64,000 bases of DNA from Lama glama (taxonomy: Eukaryota), in NCBI GenBank assembly GCA_028534125.1, contig CM052838.1, positions 64,728,001-64,792,000 on the forward strand, written 5' to 3'. Made by a program: the position numbers and the translations under genes. The notes under the pieces are model-generated. The model worked only from the letters and a program-made list of their open reading frames with translations, was not told the origin of the DNA and did not search any database. Below, piece after piece: positions 1 through 12,520 of the stretch; within the stretch, counting starts at the first letter, position 1, and every line of letters starts with the position of its first letter.

Positions 1-27
1 TCCTCCTGAGCCCTGGACGGCCGCACT

Positions 28-140
28 TCGAGCGTGATGACGGCGGCGGTGATGGCGGTGAAGATGGCGGTCCTGATGCTGACGGCGAGTGATGGCCCTT
101 CAACAGGGCTGACGTGGAGTTTAACGGAGCGGTGACGCGG
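28..140. repeat. Degenerate trinucleotide (GAT/GAC/GGC/GGT) low-complexity tract
   Basis: gtgatgacggcggcggtgatggcggtgaagatggcgg... shows 3-nt periodicity. Confidence 0.5.
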
Positions 141-929
141 GACGCAGGAACAGTTCAGGGAGTTGGAGACACGGCAGAGCTCCTGGGGCCTCCCCACTCC
201 AAGCCAGGGCCCACTGTGCTGCAGGATGAAGGGAAAACTGGGCCGGGGGCGGGGGAGCACATGCCCAAGCTCTCTCCTCCCACCCTCCCCACCGACAGAG
301 CCACCTGGAAGCCAGGGGAAGGAAGCCCCACATAGCCGAGGTGTGCAGGGCTCCTGGGCCACGGGCAGGGGCCAGGTCTTGGGGAGTGGACCCCCAGCCT
401 CTTCGTAGGTTGACCTGCTGAGTGAGAATCAGGTGGCAAGGGAAAGATGCGGCTGATGTCCTCAGGACCAGGACGGCGCACCGGGTCCCTGGGTGCTGAG
501 AGCTCTTCTGGGGGCTCATGGGGCATCGGTGTTCCCACACTCTGTGACAGCCTCGCCATCACCCACCTCCCAAGCCCCCAGCAGCTGGCCCCCCATGAAC
601 CCTCTCCCCTACAGATCAGTGTGGATTTGTGCCTGGGGCCACCTCCCCCTTCACAGTGGGTAACACTGTTTCCAGTACCGTCATTTTGAACAGCTCACCA
701 CAGAGACTCTCCAGTCACCAGTGCTTTCAGGGCCTCTCCGGACCGGGACTGCCCTGGGGCACACAGTGAGGTCAGACCACTCATCCAGGCTGCACCTGCC
801 CCCTAGGCTACGGGTCGCTGAGCAGTTGGCGGGGGTGGAGCTGGGGGCGAGGGAGGCGTCCAAGAGGGGGCGTGGGTTTGCTGGTGCCTTCCAGACAGGC
901 CCAGACCTGGCTGTGATCTTTCCATTTTA

Positions 930-1325
930 CTTTTCTTTTTTTTTAATTTTTTCCATGTCATGAGTCTGTCTCTATTTTGTAAATAAGTCCATTTGTCTTT
1001 CTTTTTTTTAGATTCCACATATGAGTGATAGCATATGATATTTTTCTTTTTCTTTCTGGCTTCACTTAGTATGACAATCTCCAGGTCCACCCATGTTGCT
1101 GCACGTGGCATTATTTTATTCTTTTTTATGACCAAGTAGTATTCCATTGTATAAACACACCACAGCTTCTTTAGCCAATCCTCTGTTGATGGACATTGAG
1201 GTTGCTTCCGTGTCTTGGCTGTTGTAAATAGTGCTGCTGTGAACACTGGGGTGTATGTACCTTTTTGAATTAGAGTTCCCTCCAGTTATATGCCCAGGAG
1301 TGGGACTGCTGGATCCCAGGGTAAG
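930..1325 (-). mobile_element. LINE-1 fragment (ORF2 C-terminus and part of the 3' UTR)
   Basis: Translation MFTAALFTTAKTRKQPQCPSTEDWLKKLWCVYTMEYYLVIKKNKIMP.AATWVDLE.VILSE is the typical L1 ORF2 end. Confidence 0.92.
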
Positions 1326-2473
1326 TCTGTGTTCAGTCAGTCTTTCCATTTTAAATGATACACCTCCGTACATGGCCAATGTTATGCTGGGGAATCAGAC
1401 AACAGCTCATGGGGGCAATTCTGGCTGCAGACGCTAGTGTCCTAGGGTCTGGTGGTCAGCCCCCACCAGGGCAAGAGGCAAGCCAGCTGGCTTTTCAGAT
1501 GGATGCTCTGGATGGCAGGAGAGGGCACTGGCTTTGTGCAAAACCCCAGGGGTCACCGGAAGCTCTTTACTGCAGCTCCCGCAGGGCCCGGCCCAAGCCT
1601 CCCCTGCCCCCCCTTCCACCAACGTCTCTTGGAAGTTTCGGGCAGAGTGCATCCAAGGAGACATCGCCACTGGGGTGACCTTCCCAGCACCCTGGAGGGT
1701 GTGTCACCAGCAGCTCCTGCCAGCGTCTCTGCCTTTCACTCTCAGTCACAGCCCTGCCCTCTCCAGCGGGTCCAGATCTCTGTGCTGGGGGGCGGGGAAG
1801 GGAGGGCACTTTGCATGGATGCTTCCCTGAGCTGCAGTGGGGGTGGGGACAGCTGCTTCTCTGTCTATGGTTCCCAAGTCCTCCAGATGTGCCTCTGCTC
1901 ACCACCCTCATGGCTCAAATCGCCGTCAGAGGTAGGCATTCTTCCTGTCGAATTTCTTGCTTCCAGTTACAAGGTAGGGTCTGTCTCCCGACTGGACCCT
2001 GTCGGATCCGAGTCAGCACTTGCTCTCCCAGAGCCTGTCCCCTGCAGCACTGGCCGTGGGCGCCCAGCCCCACTGGGTCGTGGCCTGAACCGGAGCGACG
2101 GCTTGGAACCCACAGAGGCCACCAGCATGGAAGGTAACGGGTAACGATACGGGCATTAAGACCAGGGTGTACCCCATAAAGAGAGCATCTCACTCTGCCC
2201 ACTTATGTCCTAACCTTTGTGGCAAAAAGTGTTCTTGTAGGAACTGGCTGATGAGAAAGAAGGTAGGTGAGGAGGAGGTGCCACTGTGTGCGGGGGACAC
2301 AGACAGCATATCTGAGTAGGGGCTCCATGGACCTGAAGCTGACGAACAGATGCTCGGTGATTTACAGAAAACGATGAATTAGCCAAACATCGGTCCACTC
2401 GGGACCAGGAGCTTGAAAAGCAAGGTTTCTACCTGGGGAGCGCTTTCCCAGCCTGGTGTGCCACCACAAACGC

Positions 2474-2626
2474 TTTTATTTTATTTATTTTATTTGGGGT
2501 GGGGAGGTCTTTAGGTTTATTTATTTATTTATTATTTGTTTCTTTTTAACGGAGACACTGGGGATTGAGCCCAGGGCCTCGTGTGTGCTAAGCGTGTGCT
2601 CTACTCCTGAGCTACACCCTCCCCCC
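2474..2626 (-). mobile_element. tRNA-derived SINE, camelid type
   Basis: Minus strand reads gggggagggtgtagctcaggagtagagc (A box)...gggctcaatccccag (B box)...ataaataaataaacctaa.gacctcccc...aaataaaataaa tail. Confidence 0.88.
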
Positions 2627-2714
2627 TTCATCATCAATGTTTTTATGAATCTTTCAAAGTAGAGTATCTCTAGTTGAAACGCAATTTTGTTGCTTTTGTT
2701 GGAAGTCTAAGCCA

Positions 2715-3404
2715 CAGAAATACACTGGTTTAAAATATTTATTAATTAAAAAAAATTTAAAATTTTTATACAAAGATGATGAGAAAAATCTCATGCAAAC
2801 TCTGGACATATGAGAAAAAAATAACTCAAAGAGTAATCGGATGATTTTGTACAAAATAATCCTTTTGTAAGTGGGAGCCCCCCACAGGCAGCGCAGCCCC
2901 CTCTCCAGGCCTGACGCCCCCGGGGATGGGGTGACCACCCTTTGGCCTGCGGGTGGTGCGTGGTCCATGTGTCAGGTGGCCACTGGTGTCACTATGGTGA
3001 TGACGAATAGCCTACGCTACTACTCAGAAAACTAGACCGCGACGCGGGGACCCCGGCCAGGATGTCCCAACGGCATGGAGCTCCTGAAGACCCGAAGGAA
3101 CTGGCGAAGGTTTTCAGAAGTTTCAGGTAATCGGCCTGACTCATGAAAACGCGTTGAGACGGTGAGAGATGGCGCCCGTTTCTGCTGAGCTACGAACCTG
3201 CAGTGGATTTGTAGTCTGTCTATGTTACAAGTAATTTGCATAATTAAAACAATTAAGGGATTGACGTACCATGGCGATTGGAAACGCATCAAACTCTGAA
3301 CGTGGTACAAAAGGGAGCTTCAATATGAAACAGTAATCCTCTGAGAAGGAAGCCCACGGGCCCCCTCGCTCGGCGACTCTCAGCCTTATTGCCTCTGTGC
3401 ACAC
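2715..3404 (-). other. TCERG1L: TCERG1L 3' UTR (about 0.7 kb; 3' end approximate)
   Basis: Lies between the stop codon and the AATAAA signal; U-rich distal part on the minus strand. Confidence 0.7.
2738..2743 (-). terminator. Polyadenylation signal AATAAA
   Basis: Plus-strand tttatt at 2738-2743. On the minus strand it has U-rich sequence upstream and a GU-rich tract (cagtgtatttctgtgg) downstream. Confidence 0.75.
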
Positions 3405-3561
3405 TCATCTCATTTTCCGTAGCCTGAGTCTGTTCTCCTTGTCCCGCTTCTTGAGAACAAGTATGAATTGGTTAAAAAAATGCTCCTGGTCCTTCCTTTT
3501 CTGGACAAGTCGAAACCTCTGGTCCCGGCCGTACTTCTCAGCAAACTCCTTAAACGTGGTC
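3405..3561 (-). CDS. TCERG1L: TCERG1L terminal coding exon (exon 12 equivalent): (R)[51 protein letters not shown]
   Basis: Acceptor gtctttcag|GACCACG and TGA stop at 3405-3407. 157 nt = 1 + 52 codons including the stop; FF domain 2. Confidence 0.97.
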
Positions 3562-6500
3562 CTGAAAGACAAGCAGCGTCCTGAGACCCCTTCCCGGAGA
3601 GCGGGTCCGGGTGCTCTGCGCCCCGCGTGCCCGCGTGCTCGGGGTTGGGGCTGCATCCCCCAGAGCCAGCAGCTGGCTGCAGGGCCCGGGGAGCAGGACA
3701 CTCGGGCAGGTGGACGAGCAGAAGGGAACAGCGCTGGGCCCCCGACACCTGTCCCACCTCACTCCCTATGTAACCTGCGGACCTGCCACCTCTGCGTCCA
3801 ACCGGCCTCTGGAAATGAGCCTGGCCTCACCTGCCCCTCGGGCCCCGTCTCAGTCCGAGCCCCCCTGGCCGCCTGCGTCGCTGCTCGGCCACACAGGCCT
3901 TCCTCCATCCCCTGCCCTCGCCGAGCCCCAGTCTGCCGTGGTCTTTGCGTGTGCTAGGTCCTCTGCCTGGCGCACCTTCCCTTACTTCCTCACCTGTCCC
4001 TGAAAGCCTTCTCATTCTCGGAAGCCAGGACCAGCCTGTCTTCTTCGGGAAACGCGCCTTGTCTAGAGGGTCAGGGAACTGGGCTCACCCTCGCACAGCC
4101 TTCCTCACAGGCGTCATCTCCAGGAGCCTTACCTGAGCAGGTTGCCCTCCTCCCTCTGCTCGCTGGAGCAAGCATGTCACCTGCCCGGTTTCCTGTGGAC
4201 CGTCCTGAGCGTCCAGCCCAGCGGCCGGGCACCTGCTAAGCTCCCAGATGCTGACTGAGTGAATCCATGATCGACAGGCCCGGGTCCCCGTCAGAAACTC
4301 CAGTGAAGCCAGCCAGGCCCGGCGAGGGAGCGGGGCAGCTCAAAGGACAAACGGTGGAAGCAGCTTTGCGGGACGAACGGACCTTTGCCAGCACCGGGTC
4401 CCCAGGCTCCCTCTCCTCCCAGGCCTGAGCTCCGAGCCGGGGACTGTGACAGCTCCAGGCGCAGGGGCCCCGAGGAGCCCGGTCTCCCCAGCCTGCCCCT
4501 GCCCGAGCCGCCCTCGTGGGGAGCTGGGGCCGGAGCTGCTCGCCCTGCCCCAGGGGTGCCTCTCACGCCTCCCGTTTATCTTTGCGGAGAGTTTCGTATT
4601 TCACTGCAGCTATTCAGTTGTTGTGTTCAGTTATTATAACTTAAAAGTTCTTCTTTATACATGAACAATGAGATTACACTGACAGGGCTGTTAGGAAACA
4701 GGACGGTAATTAGCGGTCACATCCCCACTGCTGTCACTCACGTCGCCTCAGTCCTTCCTGACCAGCACGGCCGCCTCCTGTCACCCGCAGACCTGCCGGG
4801 GCCCCCCTCCAGGGTCCTGTCACCCTCCAGGGTCCTGCTGCTCCCCCACATCTTGGAGAGAAAACACTCCTCTCTGCTTTTCGACCTCCTCCCTCCCTCC
4901 CTCTCTCCCCGCTCCCCACCCGTCCCCACCTCCTTCCGTGATGTCACAATCCCCGCGAGATGCGGCCAGCGCACACTTATTTGAGCTTCCATCACTGATC
5001 TGCGTGGGAAAAGTAAGACATGGAGGGTCACTGGGGGCCCGTTATTTCGGTCCCGTCTGAGGAAGCCTAAGCATTTTTAAGCAGCGCCTGGGCCGAGCCC
5101 CTTCTAGGTAGGTCCTACCCTGGGCACCGCTAAAAAGTGTCCCGGAGAAGGAAAGAGAACGAAGGCTCTGTGGCTCCTTAGCCAACCCCCGGGGGCAGCC
5201 TGGCTTACCGCTGACCCTGGGGGACCATCCAGGGAGCCGGGAAGTCCTCTGAGTCCCTGGCACTGGGTCTCCCTTTCCCGGGGTGACTAGGAGCGTGGCT
5301 GCCCACGGCTGAAGGATGTGGCCGCTGTGACCAGAGTGCCCATCCCACAGCCTGCCGCGCACGCAGCTCAAGACCAGGTCCCCAGAGGCTCCTCCCTCCT
5401 TCCCGAGACCCCGAGAGCTGGGCAGGGCTGGGAGCTGGCCCTGGCCTACCACTGCGGCCAGGATCAGAGCCAGCATGGCTGGAGGTGTGGCCACAGACAC
5501 TGAGGCACCTGCCCTGAACCCGCTGGCGGCCCGCGGGCGGCGCCCAGAATGCACAAGGACACCTGTGCAATGGCAGGAAGGAAACGGAGCGGGGATCTTG
5601 AAAGGGCTTTGAACGGTTGCCGAACTAGCCACCTTTGAAATAAAAACGGTTTTATAATTATAAAAGTAATAGACTCCCAGTGTACATTTAAAAAAAATAG
5701 CCAGCAGTTAAATCCAACTTCAAAGCAGAGTAAGTTTCCCTCTCTCCTCGTTTCTACCACTCATTTTCCCCAGTTGCCCCCATGTTCTGCGTACTTGTCC
5801 TTTGCCTTCATGATACATTCATGGAGGGGATACACGCCTTACGGTTAACGCTTTACCAGTGGACAGACAGAGAACACAGCTGAGTGTCTTCAGTGGGAGC
5901 CCCAGGACCAATGGTGAGACCCCTGCTGGGCCTGCCAGGCCCCCCGTGTCTCGCCCACACTCCTAGTCGCCTGTGAGGCGAGGCAGCTGTCCCGCGGGCG
6001 AGGACCCGGAGCTGTGAGGGTCCCAGTGCCTCACTCCGCGGCCGAGGCCAAGGAGGGGCAGGCCGTGCTGTGCTCTGAGCTGGAGGCTCCAGAAGCTTCT
6101 CACTCCGCCCTGGGCTCACCGTGCTGGGGGCAGAGCAAGCCCCAGCTGCACCCCAGCGTTCTCATAGGAGGTCGCCTTTCACAAACCATTAGACCCACGT
6201 TTGCTTTTCTAGGTTCACATTTGGTGACGGGGGTAATTCACACCAATTTCTCCTGTCCATACAGTACCTATCCTTCACACAGCTGGAGGTGTTTTATCAG
6301 GACTATGGGACCAACACTAAGGTACATGACCCAGTCAATGCCAGGCGAATTAACCAGTTACCGATCAAAATGTAGATGCCTGCACACTGTGTAGGGAGCA
6401 AACGTCAGTTAATGTCCGTTTACATATAACTTATTTATGCATTGTTATTGAAAACGCACAGTGTCAGCGTTATTATTATAAATAATAATGCATAAATGTC

Positions 6501-7415
6501 TATTTAGAAATAATGTCCATTTAAAATAAAAACACATCAAAATCAGTCATTTCCACTCATAAAAGCTATGGCTGTACAATTCTAAACACAGGATGTGTGC
6601 ATTAGGGTTTTGAATGTCAGTCAGTGGAAGCTAGTTTCAAAGAGGAGTTAAGCTTATGTATTTCTCTTTTTTCTAACGTCACTTTCCTATTAGTTTACGT
6701 CACGGGAATAATGCCTGATGGCTGTAGGTGAGTGTGACAGCCAGGTTCACCCGTCCCTGCCGCCTGATTGGCGCATCTTCCCTCCGCACCCTGGACAGCC
6801 GCCGAGGCGTGTGGTACCCTGGGGGCTGGCGGGGTGCCCTCGGCTGCTGCCGTGTGCTGTTTTGCATTTTCACTCCTTGATCGTTAGATCAGGAATTAGA
6901 CCCCATCTCACGGGGGCCGACCTATTGATGAGTTATTCTGGTCTTGGAGTCAGGGCAGCTGACGTGTGGAAACCACACAGGGCAGACAGCAGGGCCAGGG
7001 TGTCTTTGGTCAGCAAACAAACAAATCGCTGGGGTGACGGGGAAGTGGGTCGGGGACCACACCGGGGAGAAGGCAGCTCCCGTCCCCAGCACAGCACGAA
7101 AATCACTCTCTGACGTCTATACCTATCCACTTTTTAATGTTTTCTTCTCTTTTTTTTCTGTTAAGAAACATATCCTGTGAGAAGGAATGTAGTTCGAAGT
7201 GTAGTCTCATTTCTAGACAGTGTACAGCATTATAATGTGTGACACTAGGAAAAAACCCAGAAAATGGCAAAAACATAAATAAAACAAAATTACACTTTTG
7301 ATGTCTATGAAACGGAGGTCACATGATTCAACCTCAACAGCCTTTAAAAGCCCTCTGTCAAAATCTGGTCAGTTCCCAGCCCCGGAAATTGCCTGGCGTG
7401 CCTGTCTCTCCGTAC

Positions 7416-7534
7416 CTGGGTGACAGCTTCGACTCCTCCAGAAGCTTCTTGAATTCCTCTTTGGCTAGCAGCAGCTTGCTTTTCTTCTCCTTGTATTCTT
7501 CCTTTATTCTGGTCTTGACAAACTGTTCGAATAT
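7416..7534 (-). CDS. TCERG1L: TCERG1L coding exon (exon 11 equivalent), 119 nt: [39 protein letters not shown](R)
   Basis: Acceptor tgtgtcttaag|ATATTC and donor CCCAG|gtacgg; phase 0 to phase 2. End of FF1 and start of FF2. Confidence 0.96.
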
Positions 7535-10409
7535 CTTAAGACACACAAAAGAAAACTGTTACAAGAACGCGTATCAGAAATGAAATCTTGTGTTTCGCAC
7601 ACGACGCGGCAGTGAGAATCCGAGGTAAGCCTGTCTTTCTCGCAGCTGCTGGAGCTGCGAGCAGCAGCCTTCAGTTAGGCCACTGCGATGAGACCACGTG
7701 TCTGCATAACTCCACCCGCTTCCCCGCGAGGCCCATGCGCGTCTGCGTCCAAGCACCCTCTCGGGGTCAAACCCTGAATCCACCCACTTAGAAACCCAGA
7801 ACGAGCGGGTGGTGGGCGTGGTCAGCAGTGAGGGGACCCGGCCCCAGGGCTTGGTGTCCGTGCTGGGGAGCCCCAGCAGCGGCAGGCCTGGTCTCCCCGA
7901 CGTTCACATCCCAGCCACTGAGGCGCTGTGACACGCGGAGTCCGCAATTTGTCCCAGTAAATTGCTGTGGCAACATAACTGGCACTTGAGCCTCAGAATG
8001 CCTTTGACCTGTGAAAAGACCTTGGCCCAGCACCCCGTGATGTCCCTCACCCGAGGCGCAGGGGCGCCCACTTGTGAGCGAGGGGGCTGGCTCCCCAGGG
8101 GCCGCCGGCACGCTCCTGGGTGTCACGGAGGCGCCCAGCGAGGAGACCGGACCCTCGGGCGCTGCACTCACACTTGACGGGTAGTGGGTCCTGAGAGCTG
8201 CCTCGACAGGAAAACCGTTCCTTCACCTGAGTGATACGAATACCGTCTGGTAGCAAGTGCATCTGCGACCCTGAGAAGGTTTCTCTTGGGAACTGGCAGC
8301 CAACATAGCAAAATGCCACCAGGGAACCCCTCTTTGCAGTGGACCATAGCGTGACCTGGTTAGACCGAGACCACTCACAGAATGTGCTAACCTCAGAAAG
8401 CCGTCATTTGCAGACTAAAGCCAAAGGGAGGCGGAGACAGCTGTTCCTTCCCAATGCTCCCCAAGCCTCAAGAAACACTAACGAGAGGGTAAACTGGAGA
8501 TAATTAGATGTGTCTGCAAACATGAGTAACAGGGTCGGTAAAAAGCCCCCATGTGACCCTGTGAGGCCAGTAAGGAGCAGTCCTGACTAGCCCGTCACCG
8601 GCCACTGCAGGTGCTGGGAGCCGACCTGCGTGCTCGGGGCGTCTCTGCGCCCCTGCGGGGGGGCCAGAGCTGGGAAGCGACCACGTGGCGGTTACAGAAT
8701 GGGCCTCCTTCGGCTCCGCCTGACCGTTTCAGATTCCATTTCGGGAACAGCAAGGCTTTATAGGATTATAAATACAAAAGGCCGCTTGCCTCCTGCAGAA
8801 TCGTCAGTGAGATGAAATATTCACGAACAGGACTTAGACGGAGGACGTGCGTCTGGATTTAAGAATATGATCAACTTATCTCCCTTTCAAGGGAAGTGGA
8901 AATGTAAGCTCTCCAGTTCTCTTATAATTTAAGCTAATAAAAAAGGTGAATGCAGGGTGATTATCCAAATACACGTGTGGGGCTCCATCACTAGTCGGAG
9001 TTTTGCTCTGTTAATTTTAAATCTGGGACGCAGCCCTGGTGGGCAGGGGGTCAGAGCCGGCAGGAAGGAGCTGCCTCTCTCCGCCAAGAACCGTTTATCC
9101 CTCTAACCAGATTTCGCTCTCTCCTCCGCCTTTGCTCCGTTGCTTTATTTATGCTGCTGTAATTTAATATAACAGTTTTTTCCCCTCGTTTTTAACAAAT
9201 TACACCGGTATTATTCAAAGTGGGGCATGACTTTTTAAAAGACAGACCATTGGCCATTACCTCGTCATGGCGCGTTCTGGTGAAACAAAATGAAACACGG
9301 TTTGTTACCATAGAAACAGGGCTGGTGAGCACTCCCAGGACCCCTGCTCTCCGTTTGGGCTCGTTCACGTCTCCTTTGCAGCTCCCGTACGGGGATGGTT
9401 GCAATTCATACGCCATGAGCCTCAGTTTTCCCCACTGGACACCATGGGACAGTAGGTCCCAAACAGATTCCATGTCTGGGGCTTCCTTGCCCGATTCACT
9501 CGTAAACAGGACTGTGAATGGGGTCCAAACAGTGTCTCCCTCATCCGTCAGCTTCAGTCCCTCGCCTCGCAGAAAGCGCCGCCCTGCCGCTGCGCTGGGC
9601 TTGGCTCCTCGCGGGGAACAGGCGTGTAACCCGAGGCCCCGGGGCCGGAGCAGGCGGCTGCCGGGGAGCCTGCATCCTCCTTCCCGGGGGGCTCTGGGAC
9701 CTCGCTGAGGTGTTGAAAGGGGCCTGGCGCTCCCCCTGGGCGACTTCGCAGGGACGTCTGAGGGCTCCCCCCAAACTCAGGCTCCCAGAGTTGGCGGACG
9801 GACCCTCTAGTCTGCTCTGTCTGCACCTCGAGCCTCCCAGAAGGCGCGGCCCGCTCTGGGCAGTGCCTGCCTCCCGGACCAGTTCCTCTGGGTCCAGCCC
9901 CCCAGCTCCGGCGCGTGAGCCTTGTGCCTGGGCCGCCCCGCAGGCAGCAGGAGGGCGGGACGCCCTGCCCTGCCCACGAGCCAGTTCCGCGCAGCCCAGG
10001 TGGGGCGGCGCGCCTGCCGTCTGAGGGGCGGGACGCGAGCACCACGTCAGCCGGGCTTTCCTTCAAGGTGTGCAAGGTCTTACACCTTCAGTTGCCTCTA
10101 AAGGGGCGATGGCTTCTGAAAACATCCACGAGCTGGAGAGGGAGCTGCAGTGGCCACGGCCGGCGGCGCCAGCTGTGCTCGTTACGGCTGCCGGCGCCGC
10201 GGTCACAGACCCGAACGGGCGTCCTACGGGTGTGGTCGCGCTGGCTGGCGGGACCCCTGGTCCTCCCGGTCCCGGCTCACCTGGGCCCCGCTGCCGGACC
10301 CCAGGCGCACGCCGGGGGCCGGGCCCACGGAGGCCTCCCCTCCCACGACCCTCCCGGGCTCCTGCCTTCGGTGGTGGCTCCTGACCTCCTGCTCTCTTTC
10401 TTTTTGGTG

Positions 10410-10600
10410 TTAGCTCTTTTTCTTTTAACTGAAGTGTGGTCGACTTACAATGCTGTGTTAATTTCTGGTGTGCAGGGCAGTGACTCAGTCACACACACAC
10501 ACACACACACACAGCGCTTTCCATGTTCCTTTCCCCTGTCGGCTGTATCAGGCATGGAACACGTCCCCTGTGCTGTGCAGTGGGGCCTTGTTGTTCACTG
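10410..10600 (-). mobile_element. LINE-1 3' end (artiodactyl-type) with an internal (CA)n microsatellite at about 10490-10512
   Basis: tttaactgaagtgtggtcgacttacaatgctgtgttaatttctggtgtgcag...cctgtgctgtgcagtggggccttgttgtt matches the recalled L1 3' terminus. Confidence 0.8.
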
Positions 10601-11298
10601 CTGACCCGCTTTCCCTGGGCGCCCTCTGCACTCAGGGCAGAGGGATCGGAACCGGAACCAGAGACTCAGACGCGGCCCCTCGATCCTTCTGGAATTTATC
10701 TCAGAACCCCTCTCGGGGCTGCTCCGCGAGCTTCGGCCCCAGCAGGACTGACAGCTCACGCCTCACGGCTCCGGCCCCGCCCGCCGGACACACGGCCCGT
10801 CCCTCTGTCCGGCTGCCTCACCTGGGAGGCAGCACGGGCTCCAAGACTTGACTTGTGAGCCAGCCAGGCCGACGCCTGCCGAGTCTCCTTCTAGGCAGCT
10901 GCCTCTAACCCACTCTTGCTTTCCTGGGGACCTGCGTTCTAGAAACGTCCCCCCATTCCTTACACTGCTGTTGTCCCCTGGACCCTCTCCTATTTCACTG
11001 CTACTTTTTAAGATCTTAATACAGTCATCGAGGGTGTGATTAATGTTCCCCAAAGCTGAGTTGCCATTTTAAACACGAGTGTTTGTCTTGTGGGGCCACA
11101 GCCAGATGGTGTGCTGAGAACAGGTACCAGGATGACCTCTCTCTGCACCTGTAACTCTCACTGTCCACAGGCTCACAGGCGCTCAGCCCTCACGGCTGCC
11201 CCAAGACGCGGTGAAGACGCCGCGCGCCCGCTCGCCCGCAGGGGTCTCCGGAAGGAGCGCCACTGACGCCGCAGCCCGGCTCCGGCACCAGGTCCTAC

Positions 11299-11388
11299 CT
11301 GTCTGCGCTCCTCGGGGTTGAGCAGGAGATAGCGCGGGTCGAACACGATTTTGTGTAGTTCTTTCTCCCAGGTGGAAAACGCTGACAC
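11299..11388 (-). CDS. TCERG1L: TCERG1L coding exon (exon 10 equivalent), 90 nt: [30 protein letters not shown] (FF domain 1)
   Basis: Acceptor tctttcttcag|GTGTCA and donor AGACAG|gtagga; phase 0 to phase 0. Carries the FF motif STWE...DPRY. Confidence 0.97.
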
Positions 11389-11819
11389 CTGAAGAAAGAT
11401 ATTCAATAAAGTTGCTTTTAGCATCTAACGCTGAGCCCGGAATCGCACTGAAATGATCAATGATGAGAAACAGCATAAAGGAACCGGGGCTGAGTGACAC
11501 AGCATCGTTTAAAAGTGTTAGGCATGGCAAACTTTGAAGAAAATCAATATTTAGAACATTGGAGAATTTAATTCCTAGACTCATAACACGATTTCTCCCT
11601 GGGATATCTTCCAAGGCCACGTGGCCTGATCTAAGCCCCAGTTACATCCGTGAAGCTGGGATGTTCTGAAATGTCACGTCTTGAAAGGAGAAATTTTATT
11701 TGTAAAAATGTTCAGGATGCCCCAGGCCGTAGCAGAGGCCAGTGTCTTGCAAATGGTCAGAGTTTAGCACAATGTCAATTGATTTTTAATCAACAGTTAA
11801 CCCTTTTTGAGGCAGGTCA

Positions 11820-12520
11820 TTTTTTTTTTTTACAAACTACCTTATTTTGCAGTAGTTTCAAATTTACAGGAAACTTACAAGCATGTTACGAAGTCACCAT
11901 CCATCCCACACCCAGTGTCCTGCGCTGTTAGCGTCTCAACGTTAGTGCAGTCGATTTGTCTACACCGTTATGAACAGAGTGCTCACCCCGCTCAGACTTC
12001 TTTAGTTTTTACCCAACTGTTTTTGCTGCCCCAGGGCTCCACCCAGGTCCCACTTCACATTTGGTCTCATGTCTCCTTAGGCAACTCTTAAAAGTGGGTC
12101 CTGACCCACCTCTTGAGATGGGGCTGTCTCTGTAAGTTATTTGGAATTCTTGTCCATTCTCCCAACTTTACTAAGGTATTCAACCGTTTATTTGCAGCAG
12201 GACAGACCCCTGGATGCTGATTTCACACTTTGAGTTATAACCTAACGTGACTTCATTGTTCTTTATGCTCAAATTCCTCCAGGTTTGGCCGCTGAGAGCT
12301 GTTGCGGTTGGCTCCTGTGTTCCGGGGACATTCTCCCATCTTCTTGGTCTTGGGGCCCTTCAAAATGCTCCAGAGCCATCTTTGCTCTCCCTGTGGCCCT
12401 AGGGTCGGCATTCTCCGAGAAGTCCTGGCTCCTCTTGACTGGGGCTGGTGTCTGGGGCCGGGATCTGGGTGCCAAGTGTGCTCATTGTACTGGCATGTTG
12501 TTGCTTCCAGACTCTGTCAG
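11820..12520 (-). mobile_element. Old L1M (L1MC-like) 3' UTR fragment
   Basis: A poly-T run followed by agtagtttcaaatttacaggaaa...cacatttggtctcatgtctccttaggc, typical of L1MC 3' ends. The right boundary is approximate. Confidence 0.6.

Noticed and set aside
2550-2626. tRNA-like sequence
   Set aside because: It is the head of a SINE with an A-rich tail and a degenerate B box, not a tRNA gene.
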